From IMG/VR virus record IMGVR_UViG_2687453308_000004: a stretch of DNA of 26,732 nucleotides; one strand, 5' to 3'. Each line of letters starts with the position of its first letter. Within the stretch, counting starts at the first letter, position 1. Below, piece by piece: positions 17,115-25,744 of this stretch. The notes beneath the pieces are model-generated. The model did no database searches. It worked only from the letters and a program-made list of their open reading frames with translations, and was not told the origin of the DNA. The translations under genes were made by a program, and so were the position numbers. The stretch is from an uncultured virus (IMG/VR IMGVR_UViG_2687453308_000004). Taxonomy: Duplodnaviria > Heunggongvirae > Uroviricota > Caudoviricetes.

Positions 17115-19076
17115 CTAATCCTTCATATAAAACGGAGAAGTAAATCCGTCACTATTCAAATTCAATCCTTTTGCCCAATCGACAGGCTTATTCATGATAG
17201 TTTCGATTTCCTTAAGTCCATTTGAACCTCTAGGTATTTCTACAATTACTTCATCATGGACATGTCCAACTATTTTAAAACCTGATGCTTCAAGCCTAGC
17301 TATAGAAATCGCAAGTAAATCCCTTGCAGTTGCTTGAACAATATTCTCGACTAACTTCCCACCATACGTTTTTAACTTTGACCATTTACGGTTAAGATCT
17401 AAGCCCATAAATTCAACAACTTGACTACCCCAACTATTTTCACCAACTGAAGCTTTTGGATAAGCTAAAGCTCTTCCACTAGGCAGTTCAATCATTAGAA
17501 AACCTTTTTTCATATAAAATCTAAGTCCATGCGTATGATGCGTCTTTCGGGATTTCACAGTATTAATTGCAGCCTCTTGGCAAGCCTTCCAAAAATTAAC
17601 TATGTTAGGATTTGCGTTACGCCAACTATCAACTAAACCTTGTAATTCATTTTCTTCAATGCCCATTTCCAATGCACCCATCGCTTTTAAAGCTCCAGCG
17701 CCACCTTGATAACCTAAAGCTAATTCGGACACTTTTCCCTTTTGTCTGAGAGGGTCGCCTTTAGTTATGCTTTCTACCGGGACATTAAACATTTGAGAAG
17801 CCGATGCTTCATATATCTTTCCGTGTGTGTTGAACACATCTAAACGCCATTGTTCTTTTGCATACCATGCTATGACTCTTGCCTCTATTGCAGAAAAATC
17901 ACTTACTGCTAGTTCATTACCTTCTTCAGCAGTAAATGTCGTCCTAACTAATTGACTTAATAAGTCTTGAGGATGAACATTGAGTAATAAATCTAAATCG
18001 TCAAAACGTTGTTCTTTAATAAGATCTCTTGCTATTTCTAATTCAGTATCTGAAATATAATGCTTTGTTAAATTCTGAAGTTGTACACCTCTACCTGCCC
18101 ATCTTCCAGTACCGGCACCGTAAAATTGAAACAGACCTCTTACCCGTTCATCACTGCACATCATGTCATGCATTTTGTTGTATTTTTTCACACTGGTTTT
18201 AGACATTTGCAATCTAATTTCTAGCATTTTTTTAGCTTTTCCTGTTGCTTCTTTTAAGTACTCCTGAACCGTTTTCTTTTGTAAATTAGGTATATCTAAT
18301 CCTTGGTCATCCTTTAACCAAGCCAATAATTGTGTAGGACTATTAGGATTTTCTAAACCTGTTATATGTTTAGCTTGATTAAGCAATTCTTCTTTACTCT
18401 GCTTATCGAGCACATTAGCTCCTAACATCAATGATTTAGAAAGCTTAATACCTCTGTCGTTTATATGTTGGTCAAAAACCCAATATGCTTGTTCAATTGC
18501 AGTTACTGGAAAGTCTTTAATTTTATGAGCAATCGTCATTTCTACTTCTACATCTCGAATACAGTAATCTATAAATTGTTGCCATTTTTCAAGATCATGT
18601 TCAGGCAAGTTTCTTGTTCTTCCTCCATTAACTTTTGTTGGTTTACAAGGTATAGAGAAATAACGAATTAAATTTTTACCTGCTTTATCTTTTTGGTTTT
18701 GTAGTCTTAAAACTTCTCCAACTTTATCAAGCGAAGCAGGTAAGCCAATACGCATTGAATTAACCATTGTGCAAATCCATTCTTCAGGTGGCATCTGTTT
18801 ATTAAAATGTTTAGCAAGACAAGTTCTTTCGAAATTAGCATTGAATGCATACTTTTTTACAGCAGGATCAAAAAGAGCAATTTTAAACGTCTCAAAATCA
18901 GCGTGGAAAGGCTCATTATCTACTTTAGTCATGTCAATCGCACTAATCGCTCCACCATCTATTGAATAAGCTATAATTAAAATTTCGAAATCTTCAGCTT
19001 CTGTGTATTTATAGGCACCACATTTCGAAATATCATTACTGCTATATGTTTCAATATCTATATTCATAAATCTCAA
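17115..19076 (-). CDS. Phage DNA polymerase, family A, with 3'-5' exonuclease
   Basis: ExoI DIET, AFNANFE, YCIRD; motif A SDFSAIEARV, motif B RQKGKVSELALGY, motif C VHDEV. Confidence 0.95.
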   Translation of the reverse strand: MRFMNIDIETYSSNDISKCGAYKYTEAEDFEILIIAYSIDGGAISAIDMTKVDNEPFHADFETFKIALFDPAVKKYAFNANFERTCLAKHFNKQMPPEEWICTMVNSMRIGLPASLDKVGEVLRLQNQKDKAGKNLIRYFSIPCKPTKVNGGRTRNLPEHDLEKWQQFIDYCIRDVEVEMTIAHKIKDFPVTAIEQAYWVFDQHINDRGIKLSKSLMLGANVLDKQSKEELLNQAKHITGLENPNSPTQLLAWLKDDQGLDIPNLQKKTVQEYLKEATGKAKKMLEIRLQMSKTSVKKYNKMHDMMCSDERVRGLFQFYGAGTGRWAGRGVQLQNLTKHYISDTELEIARDLIKEQRFDDLDLLLNVHPQDLLSQLVRTTFTAEEGNELAVSDFSAIEARVIAWYAKEQWRLDVFNTHGKIYEASASQMFNVPVESITKGDPLRQKGKVSELALGYQGGAGALKAMGALEMGIEENELQGLVDSWRNANPNIVNFWKACQEAAINTVKSRKTHHTHGLRFYMKKGFLMIELPSGRALAYPKASVGENSWGSQVVEFMGLDLNRKWSKLKTYGGKLVENIVQATARDLLAISIARLEASGFKIVGHVHDEVIVEIPRGSNGLKEIETIMNKPVDWAKGLNLNSDGFTSPFYMKD

Positions 19077-19099
19077 ATTCTTGACACCTCAATTTCTTT

Positions 19100-19128
19100 A
19101 AAATTAAAGTGGGGCTAAAACCCCACCT
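19100..19128 (-). terminator. Intrinsic terminator-like hairpin between SSB-like gene and polymerase
   Basis: AGGTGGGGT-TTTA-GCCCCACTT followed by TAATTTT. Confidence 0.6.
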
Positions 19129-19134
19129 ATTGAC

Positions 19135-19692
19135 TTATAAGAAATCCTCATCATCAGTGTCTAATTCATCGAAATCATCTTCTGCTGCACTTGCACCGCC
19201 AAGAGGTTCGCCTTTTTCTACAAGTTGAATGTTGTTCAATCCAACTGCGATACCCTTATTACCATTTGTGTTGAAAGGAAATAGATTAATTGAAGCTCTA
19301 ATATAATCACCACTTACAACAGTTCCAGAATCCGTTAATCTAATTTTGTTTTGGTCAATAATACCAGGTGCTTGTTTGCTTGATGCGTTAATAAAATAAG
19401 CGTCTTGATAATTGACATCATCTTCTCTTTCAGTATCTCCATCACGTAATGGAAGTTTCAGATTTGCAGGAACTTTGCCTCCAAACTTACTAACTTTTCC
19501 TTCTTCTTTAGCAGCTTCTATAGCTTGTTCAATGGCTTTTATCGTACTTGTATCTGATTTAGGAATGATTAAACTGATTGAATACTTTGATTCTTGCCCT
19601 TCTTGCATACTGTGAGGTTCAAAAATATGTGCATATGATGCTCTTACTTTTCCTGTAATCACTTTAGTTTTATTTAATACTTTTGCTTTCAT
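19135..19692 (-). CDS. DUF2815 family ssDNA-binding-like protein
   Basis: VRASYAHIFEP, PLRDGD, GLNNIQ, acidic tail ending DDEDFL. Confidence 0.85.
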   Translation of the reverse strand: MKAKVLNKTKVITGKVRASYAHIFEPHSMQEGQESKYSISLIIPKSDTSTIKAIEQAIEAAKEEGKVSKFGGKVPANLKLPLRDGDTEREDDVNYQDAYFINASSKQAPGIIDQNKIRLTDSGTVVSGDYIRASINLFPFNTNGNKGIAVGLNNIQLVEKGEPLGGASAAEDDFDELDTDDEDFL

Positions 19693-19717
19693 GTTTATAT
19701 ACCGTCCTTTTAAATTT

Positions 19718-20884
19718 TTATAGTTTGTCAAAATCATCTTCAGCAGATTGCTTTATAGCTGGTCGTTTATCCGACTCGGTAGCAAGTGTTAATTTACCTT
19801 GCGGCTTTTCTATAAAACCCTCTGTAATTTTAGAAAATGCTTTTTTACCAATTAATTTTTCTAAATTCGTAATGCTAAGTAACTTGGTTTCTGTAATATC
19901 TTCAGGTTTATAACCCGCTTCAACTAACTTTTCAAGCATTGCTTTTGTATCAGTTATCATTCTTCGTGAACGACCTTCTACAAGCTTCCACCCAGGATAG
20001 TTTTTATCATTTTCTTTCGCTTGATCTAACGCATAATGTTCTACTTCATCAGCCCATTTTTTGATATCAGGCAGTTTATATAAAAGTTCTGCAATCTCTT
20101 CATCACTTAACAAATGTGGTGGCTTTTGAGGCACATTTTGCATGTATTCTGCACGTGTTCTACATGAATGCTTTATCTTACAGAATCTACAATGACTACC
20201 TGCTTTAAACTCACCTTCACCGTTATAAGCAAGTCTGGCTAATGGTTTAACAAAATCGGTTCCCCATTGAAGTAATCTTGATATTGGTAACTCTTCAGTA
20301 GAAAAGTTATCTATTCGTGGTTGTATGATAGTCATGCGAACTGTATGAATGTCATACATTAAACTAAGCAGTTCATATGCGCCCAAGCCATATAATCTAA
20401 GTTGAGGATTATCTATAGCTGAAACTTCAATGCCTTTACCGTATTTAAGGTCAATAATTTCAAGTACACCACCTGAAAATATAATGACATCACCAGTACC
20501 AAAAGATTCAGGGACGTATTTACCTAAATCCAATTTTGTTTCAAATAAAGCTATTACATCGTCATCTCTACTCAAAGCTTCGTTATATTTTTCTTCTACA
20601 TTAGCTACGTACTCTTCAACATATTCGCGCAACTCTTCACTGTAATATTGATTTCGCTTATAATTTTGAAAAGCTTTATTAAACTCAAACTGTGTTAGGC
20701 CTTCATATTTAAGACTGAAATATAACTCACTTAACTCATGAGCGAATGTACCTTCTTCAGCAAAAACTGAACTTTTATCTGCAATACCTTCACTTGCCTT
20801 AATACTCGGTGGACAGTTTAGCCATTGTTTTGCTCCACTTGCACTAAGCTTTGCATGAGCTCTATTTGAGTGATCTAGCTTCAT
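19718..20884 (-). CDS. DUF2800 family PD-(D/E)xK nuclease (Cas4/AddB-like)
   Basis: LSAS..WLNCPPS, GTFAHE, FGTGD, IIDLKYG, QLRLY, HCRFCKIKHSC. Confidence 0.88.
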   Translation of the reverse strand: MKLDHSNRAHAKLSASGAKQWLNCPPSIKASEGIADKSSVFAEEGTFAHELSELYFSLKYEGLTQFEFNKAFQNYKRNQYYSEELREYVEEYVANVEEKYNEALSRDDDVIALFETKLDLGKYVPESFGTGDVIIFSGGVLEIIDLKYGKGIEVSAIDNPQLRLYGLGAYELLSLMYDIHTVRMTIIQPRIDNFSTEELPISRLLQWGTDFVKPLARLAYNGEGEFKAGSHCRFCKIKHSCRTRAEYMQNVPQKPPHLLSDEEIAELLYKLPDIKKWADEVEHYALDQAKENDKNYPGWKLVEGRSRRMITDTKAMLEKLVEAGYKPEDITETKLLSITNLEKLIGKKAFSKITEGFIEKPQGKLTLATESDKRPAIKQSAEDDFDKL

Positions 20885-21243
20885 GCATTGATTCTCGCCT
20901 TCATAAAATCAACAATTTTTTCATAATACTCTTCTTTGATAGTAGATAGCTTATCCGCGCCAAGTTCGTTAAGTTTATTTCTAAATTCTTTCTTATCAGA
21001 AGTGTCTGCTTTTTTAAGGAACTCTTTTCCTACTGATAAAACATAATCTTTAGTCAAATCAGCAGAAGTTTCCTTAACTTCTTCAATTGATTCCAGTTGA
21101 GCTGTTTCTTCTTTTGGCATTGGTGCTTCTTTAACTTTCTCTTGTACAATTGATGAATCTACAGTTGATAGTTCAGTGTTTAACACACGTAAATTCTTAT
21201 TTAATAGTTTTAATTCTTCAAAAATATCTTCTAATATTGCCAT
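20881..21243 (-). CDS. Hypothetical phage protein
   Basis: 120 aa, AAGGAGGAG RBS, ATGA overlap with nuclease gene. Confidence 0.8.
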   Translation of the reverse strand: MAILEDIFEELKLLNKNLRVLNTELSTVDSSIVQEKVKEAPMPKEETAQLESIEEVKETSADLTKDYVLSVGKEFLKKADTSDKKEFRNKLNELGADKLSTIKEEYYEKIVDFMKARINA

Positions 21244-21257
21244 TGATTAACTCCTCC

Positions 21258-21581
21258 TTAAAATTGGTTAGCTAGACGAATCATTAACTTGATACGTTCT
21301 TCTATTTCTCTAGGGTCATCACTTTGTTCATTTAATCTTGCTAACAATTCAAATTGTTCTTCTAAAATTTCTTTTTTACGTTCGACTACACTTAAATGCA
21401 ATTGCGATTCAATAACACGCCAGATACCCCAACTTTCCATTTCAATCTTTCCTTTTTTCTTAAGTTTTGAAAGAGTGGATTTTGCATGTGTTTTAGATAT
21501 CCCAAAAGTTTCAACAACATCATCAGAATTGAAATTGTCATATGTTGCAAAATGTGATAGTATTTTTTGTTGTAAGGTCAT
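21258..21581 (-). CDS. Hypothetical winged-HTH-like protein
   Basis: DDVVETFGISKTHAKSTLSKLKKKGKI pattern; AAGGAG RBS. Confidence 0.75.
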   Translation of the reverse strand: MTLQQKILSHFATYDNFNSDDVVETFGISKTHAKSTLSKLKKKGKIEMESWGIWRVIESQLHLSVVERKKEILEEQFELLARLNEQSDDPREIEERIKLMIRLANQF

Positions 21582-21659
21582 ATTAATAACTCCTTATATA
21601 ATTATTTAAAACAATTGCTCATCTTGCACTGTTACTTGCTCCAACAAGTAGCAGTTTCT

Positions 21660-21821
21660 TTATTCTTCATAAAAGTATTCCTTATAAAATATGAATGTTG
21701 CGATACTTGCGAATCCCGCAATTGACCATGCTGTAGTGAAGTATAGAAACGGCATAAGCACAATCGCTAAGACTGTGAAGCACAGTACTGCTAATAGGTA
21801 GCTTTTATATGTGTCGCTCAT
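21660..21821 (-). CDS. DUF1270-like small membrane protein (53 aa, absent from ORF track)
   Basis: Hand translation MSDTYKSYLLAVLCFTVLAIVLMPFLYFTTAWSIAGFASIATFIFYKEYFYEE; AGGAGG RBS. Confidence 0.85.
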   Translation of the reverse strand: MSDTYKSYLLAVLCFTVLAIVLMPFLYFTTAWSIAGFASIATFIFYKEYFYEE

Positions 21822-21833
21822 TTGATAATCCTC

Positions 21834-22097
21834 CTAATACCATTTTTTATGCTTTCTGATCAAATACTCTTCTAATTTAGAAATATTAATCAATGTTCCC
21901 GTTGCTGAATAATCAATGTATAAATTTTCTACACCTAAATTATCTTCACGGTAATATTTCAACCAGTTGTATACTGTACTTCTACATACTCCAAACAATT
22001 GATGGATTTGTGTAGGTGTTGCGTATAACTTTTTCACAAATTTTTCTTCGCCTCGATATGTGTTTTCTAGTGTTGGTGGTATTATGATTTTTGGCAT
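21834..22097 (-). CDS. HTH DNA-binding protein (excisionase-like fold)
   Basis: ATPTQIHQLFGVCRSTVYNWLK HTH; AAAGGAGTGA RBS. Confidence 0.75.
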   Translation of the reverse strand: MPKIIIPPTLENTYRGEEKFVKKLYATPTQIHQLFGVCRSTVYNWLKYYREDNLGVENLYIDYSATGTLINISKLEEYLIRKHKKWY

Positions 22098-22121
22098 CTC
22101 TATCACTCCTTTAGATAAATG

Positions 22122-22337
22122 TTAAAGTTTGTTATTATTCGCCCTGTATTGAAGTTCTCTATCTAATGCATAGAAAACTTTGTTTATTTCTAAGTAGCTG
22201 TAATCACTTTTTTTAATAAGCTCTAATATTTCCGCTCCTAAGTTACGTTCCTTTTCCGTTAAATAGGATGAAGAAGCATCAGCTTTGCTAGAAACTTGTG
22301 GGACGCCTATACGCAATCCTTCTGATCTTGTGTTCAT
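22122..22337 (-). CDS. Hypothetical phage protein
   Basis: 71 aa, AAAGGAG RBS. Confidence 0.7.
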   Translation of the reverse strand: MNTRSEGLRIGVPQVSSKADASSSYLTEKERNLGAEILELIKKSDYSYLEINKVFYALDRELQYRANNNKL

Positions 22338-22391
22338 TTGTTTATGCTCCTTTCGTGTATAATGTTGTTATCAACCTAAGGAGGTGATAAC

Positions 22392-22757
22392 ATGCCCTTG
22401 ATATCTGATGAATTTGATACACTTACTAAAGACCAACAATATATCTTGTCCGTACTCTACAAAGATTATTTAGAATGTGTAAAGTTAGGTTCGGTTAAAT
22501 TAACCTGCAATAATTTTGGAAGTGCTAAAGATATACATACAAAGTATTTTCAAAAACTACATTTCGAAGATGTAAAATACGATTTAAATAAACTTAAAAA
22601 CTCTGGGTTCCTAAACGGCGTGTATGCTAGTAACACTATTTATCATGTAACAATTTCAGACAAGACTGTTGTTTACTTTGAAAATGAGTTTAAAAACAAT
22701 TTAAAAAGTATCATTGATAGCATTTCTAAAATTGCTTCAATAATTCCTGGTCTCTAG
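22392..22757 (+). CDS. Accessory hypothetical protein on opposite strand (winged-helix-like)
   Basis: AAGGAGGTGA RBS, TATAAT at 22358-22363, 121 aa. Confidence 0.8.
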   Translation: MPLISDEFDTLTKDQQYILSVLYKDYLECVKLGSVKLTCNNFGSAKDIHTKYFQKLHFEDVKYDLNKLKNSGFLNGVYASNTIYHVTISDKTVVYFENEFKNNLKSIIDSISKIASIIPGL

Positions 22758-22971
22758 TTGGGTTTATAACTTCCCAATCATTTGCCATGAGGTCATCGGC
22801 TGAAGGTTGCCAATATCTGATAAGGTTTGTCCCATCGCTATTTGAAATGATGCATTGTAAAAAACTATCATTTGTTGGTAATATCTTAGTTCGATGACTT
22901 TCTTTCCAATCTTTCCGTGTCATAGAGACAAGATTTTTTGTAGCTATCTTAGTTGCTTCTTGAATGTTCAT
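22726..22971 (-). CDS. DUF2829 / Tad2-like protein
   Basis: MNIQEA...RKDW...WQPSADDLMANDWEV signature. Confidence 0.8.
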   Translation of the reverse strand: MNIQEATKIATKNLVSMTRKDWKESHRTKILPTNDSFLQCIISNSDGTNLIRYWQPSADDLMANDWEVINPTRDQELLKQF

Positions 22972-23037
22972 TTGTTATTCCTCCTTTTAAGATGTTTATG
23001 ATCCTTTCTGCTATACTCCTGTTATGGAGGTGATAGG

Positions 23038-23418
23038 ATGAAACTTAATCACGATTGCGTTAGACTCTTGCTCTTAGAAATAGAATCTAATAAGAAAATA
23101 GGTGAACCACTTACTCGACATAATTTCAACGATAATATTATTTTTGATAAATATGATTTTGAAACAGTAATGTACTCACTTTTAAAATTAGAAGAAGCTA
23201 AATTTATTTGTTGCGATCTGAAATTCATCGAAGGCAGGGTCGTTTCTTGGATTATTGATGACATCACTTGGTCTGGCCATGAATTTCTCGATAATATTAG
23301 AGACAATAAAACTTGGAACGAAGTTAAAAGAGTCGTTAACAAAACATCCAGTATGTCTCTTAATCTTATGGGGAAATTAGCTTTTCAATATCTTTCTCAA
23401 AAATTCAATCTAACTTAA
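23038..23418 (+). CDS. DUF2513-like protein
   Basis: MKLNHDCVRLLLLEIE...ITWSGHEFLDNIR; GGAGGTGA RBS; TGcTATACT extended -10 at 23009-23017. Confidence 0.85.
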   Translation: MKLNHDCVRLLLLEIESNKKIGEPLTRHNFNDNIIFDKYDFETVMYSLLKLEEAKFICCDLKFIEGRVVSWIIDDITWSGHEFLDNIRDNKTWNEVKRVVNKTSSMSLNLMGKLAFQYLSQKFNLT

Positions 23419-23602
23419 ATTCATAACCATCAACCAAGGCATATAAGTTATTATTTACGTATGGTATTTCTTCAATGGTGTTGTTGATGAAATGAGATCG
23501 GACCATCAGTTCATATCCGTCATTAATTTGAATATCTAATGGTCGCCTATTACCTTCTTCGTCATAGTAGTAATAGATGACTTTTTTGTTTTGAGCTTGC
23601 AT
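23405..23602 (-). CDS. Hypothetical phage protein
   Basis: MQAQNKKVIYYYYDEEGNRRP; AAAGGAGG RBS. Confidence 0.75.
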   Translation of the reverse strand: MQAQNKKVIYYYYDEEGNRRPLDIQINDGYELMVRSHFINNTIEEIPYVNNNLYALVDGYEFKLD

Positions 23603-23671
23603 TTGTCGTTCCTCCTTTAAGTTGTTTTGTTATATAATTTAGTTATCTCCCAGTGGAAGGAGGTGAAATTT

Positions 23672-23884
23672 ATGGATTTAGAGAAAATTGCTCACGATAT
23701 TACAATCTCGCTATTACCTAGAGCTCTAGATAGACATAAGATTCATAACGAATGGCAAGAAGTCGGTGATGACGTAATTGCATTCGCTAAAGATAGCGTT
23801 GCTCGTGACTATTTCAGCATTTACTCTTCTGTGTTATTGGGATTACAAGAAGAAGAAAAAAGCAGAAAAGATTTAGGATTGTAA
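23672..23884 (+). CDS. Accessory hypothetical protein (70 aa, MDLEKIAHD...)
   Basis: AAGGAGGTGA RBS; TATAAT at 23633-23638; hairpin downstream. Confidence 0.75.
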   Translation: MDLEKIAHDITISLLPRALDRHKIHNEWQEVGDDVIAFAKDSVARDYFSIYSSVLLGLQEEEKSRKDLGL

Positions 23885-23890
23885 GGCAAT

Positions 23891-23925
23891 AGCGCACTTG
23901 ATTACTTGCACTAATTAAGTGCGCT
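23891..23925. terminator. Hairpin between convergent genes (possible terminator)
   Basis: AGCGCACTTGATTA-CTTGCAC-TAATTAAGTGCGCT, 14-bp stem, followed by TATTT. Confidence 0.65.
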
Positions 23926-24074
23926 TATTTAATTAGATATTTCTTACCTTCTCTATCCGAGACCACTTTATATTTTTTTAATTTGCTTTCTTTCACTTTT
24001 AACCATTGATTTCCATGCCACACGTCAATTAAGTTTTCGTGTTTTTTATTGAATAGCCTTCTTAGTAGTTTCAT
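23925..24074 (-). CDS. Small basic hypothetical protein (49 aa, absent from ORF track)
   Basis: Hand translation MKLLRRLFNKKHENLIDVWHGNQWLKVKESKLKKYKVVSDREGKKYLIK; AAGGAGG RBS. Confidence 0.75.
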   Translation of the reverse strand: MKLLRRLFNKKHENLIDVWHGNQWLKVKESKLKKYKVVSDREGKKYLIK

Positions 24075-24088
24075 TTGTAGTTCCTCCT

Positions 24089-24532
24089 TCATTCGAAATC
24101 ATCGATAGTTAATTCTGAAACTCTCTTTTCATAGATGTATAAATAATAGTTTTTGATTTCTCGATAAACTTTTGCTGCTAGGTTGTATTCACTTTCACTC
24201 AAGTCTGAATTAAGTGTCACTCCAAAAATTGATAATGTTAATTTTCTAATATGGTCATGAACATCTTGTACATAAGCTTTTTGATGAATTGATTCGAAGC
24301 CATGCTGATACTTTTTTAGCGGAATCGGATGATTGAGCTTCCTCAATCTTCCTAGCGACAAATCTTTTGCGAAATTGAGTTTTTTATTGATTTCTTCTAA
24401 ATCGTCATTATTGATTCTTACTTTACTGAAAATTGCACCTGAGCTGATTGGTTTCTCGCCTTTTATAGCATTTCTAACTTCTTTCGCTATAATTTCTTTC
24501 AACTCTTCTTTGGTTAACGTTATTTGTTCCAT
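24089..24532 (-). CDS. Hypothetical early protein downstream of cro
   Basis: 147 aa, AAGGAGG RBS. Confidence 0.8.
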   Translation of the reverse strand: MEQITLTKEELKEIIAKEVRNAIKGEKPISSGAIFSKVRINNDDLEEINKKLNFAKDLSLGRLRKLNHPIPLKKYQHGFESIHQKAYVQDVHDHIRKLTLSIFGVTLNSDLSESEYNLAAKVYREIKNYYLYIYEKRVSELTIDDFE

Positions 24533-24555
24533 AGTGTCCTCCTTATTTTTATTTA

Positions 24556-24572
24556 GTTGTCACTTTCGAAAC
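24556..24572. promoter_or_regulatory. Putative operator downstream of cro
   Basis: Reverse complement GTTTCG-AAAGT-GACAAC matches the switch-region repeats. Confidence 0.6.
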
Positions 24573-24579
24573 TTAAAGT

Positions 24580-24792
24580 TTAAAAAAAATCATCAACTTT
24601 AACATTTAAATGATCTGCTAATTTTTTAGCTTCTGAAGTTGTAAAATCTCTGCCATTAATTCGATTTATCTTTATACTCAATAAACTTCTACTCATTCCG
24701 ATTGCTTTAGCAACTTCTTTTTGGTTAGTTCCTTTAAGTGCAATCAAGCTTTTTATTTTTAAGTATGGTTTATCTGCTACACTAGTTGTCAT
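24580..24792 (-). CDS. cro: Cro-like XRE HTH regulator
   Basis: NQKEVAKAIGMSRSLLSIKIN HTH; divergent from repressor. Confidence 0.88.
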   Translation of the reverse strand: MTTSVADKPYLKIKSLIALKGTNQKEVAKAIGMSRSLLSIKINRINGRDFTTSEAKKLADHLNVKVDDFF

Positions 24793-24808
24793 TGAACCCC
24801 CTCCTTTT

Positions 24809-24905
24809 GTTTCGTTTGTAACAACTTGATTTAAGAATACATCATAAAAGTTTCGATGTCAACAACTTTTGCAATAATATTTTCCTTGCGTTTCGTTTTC
24901 GAAAC
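24809..24905. promoter_or_regulatory. Putative CI/Cro operators
   Basis: GTTTCG-N5-AACAAC at 24809-24825 and 24850-24866; palindrome GTTTCG-N4-CGAAAC at 24890-24905. Confidence 0.7.
24834..24862 (-). promoter_or_regulatory. Lytic (cro) promoter
   Basis: TTGACA-17 nt-TATTCT. Confidence 0.75.
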
Positions 24906-24914
24906 TTTTATAAT
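24886..24914 (+). promoter_or_regulatory. Repressor (cI) promoter
   Basis: TTGCGT-17 nt-TATAAT. Confidence 0.75.
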
Positions 24915-24943
24915 GAAATTATCTTATATAAGGAGGGTTTCGT

Positions 24944-25675
24944 ATGGGTATTGGTGAAGGTTTAAAGAAGCTAAGAAAAAATAAAAATATGACTATGGAA
25001 CAATTAGCAACTGATCTTAATAATAAATATCCCGACTTAATGAAATTAACGAAAGGCAAGATATCAAAATGGGAAAATGAAAAGGAAGAACCTCGATTAT
25101 CAACTGCCAAAATTTTGGCTGAGTACTTCAATGTGAAGATTAATGATTTGTATAGTGAATCAAATACTACATACAAAGACGATAACGACATCACTTCCAT
25201 ATACAACAAACTCACACCTCCCCGCCAAGAAAACGTACTTAACTATGCAAATGAACAATTGGAAGAACAGAATAAAGTCACTTCTATAGATGGATATAAA
25301 GAGTCTAAACTAGTATCGTATATTGCATGTGGTGCAACTGGTGCTGGCATAGGAGAAGAATTATATGATGACATATTGCATGAAGAAGTATTTTTTAAAG
25401 AAGACGAAACGCCATCAAATGCTGATTTTTGTATTTTAGTTAATGGTGATTCAATGGAACCTATGTTAAAACAAGGAACATACGCTTTTATTAAGAAAGA
25501 AGATTCTATTAAAGATGGTACAATTGCACTCGTTGTATTAGATGGAGTAAGTCTTATCAAGCGTGTAGATATATGCGAAGACTATATTAATTTGGTATCT
25601 CTAAATCCGAAGTATGATGATATCAAAGTCGCTTCGTTTAGTAATATTAAAGTAATGGGCAAAGTTGTATTGTGA
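24944..25675 (+). CDS. cI: CI-like repressor (XRE HTH plus S24 autopeptidase)
   Basis: N-terminal HTH (ISKWENEKEEP), Ala-Gly site in GATGAGIG, VNGDSMEP serine, LIKRV lysine. Confidence 0.95.
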   Translation: MGIGEGLKKLRKNKNMTMEQLATDLNNKYPDLMKLTKGKISKWENEKEEPRLSTAKILAEYFNVKINDLYSESNTTYKDDNDITSIYNKLTPPRQENVLNYANEQLEEQNKVTSIDGYKESKLVSYIACGATGAGIGEELYDDILHEEVFFKEDETPSNADFCILVNGDSMEPMLKQGTYAFIKKEDSIKDGTIALVVLDGVSLIKRVDICEDYINLVSLNPKYDDIKVASFSNIKVMGKVVL

Positions 25676-25744
25676 TTAATAGCGCCTATATGGCACTTTA
25701 ATATAAAAGACGTCTATTTCATCAGTGTTTAAAAGGAGTTTATA

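Noticed and set aside
21628..21656. Hairpin after the DUF1270-like gene as a terminator or sRNA
   Set aside because: A stem is present but there is no T tract on the coding strand and no other support, so its function cannot be assigned
24809..24905. LexA (SOS) boxes in the switch region
   Set aside because: Repeats are GTTTCG-based and do not match CGAAC-N4-GTTCG
1418..25560. Numerous 60-106 aa ORFs antisense to or nested in clear genes (e.g. 1418, 3768, 3901, 5673, 9245, 19412, 21289, 23049, 24333, 24919, 25243)
   Set aside because: Shadow frames of well-supported genes, with no RBS or motifs noticed
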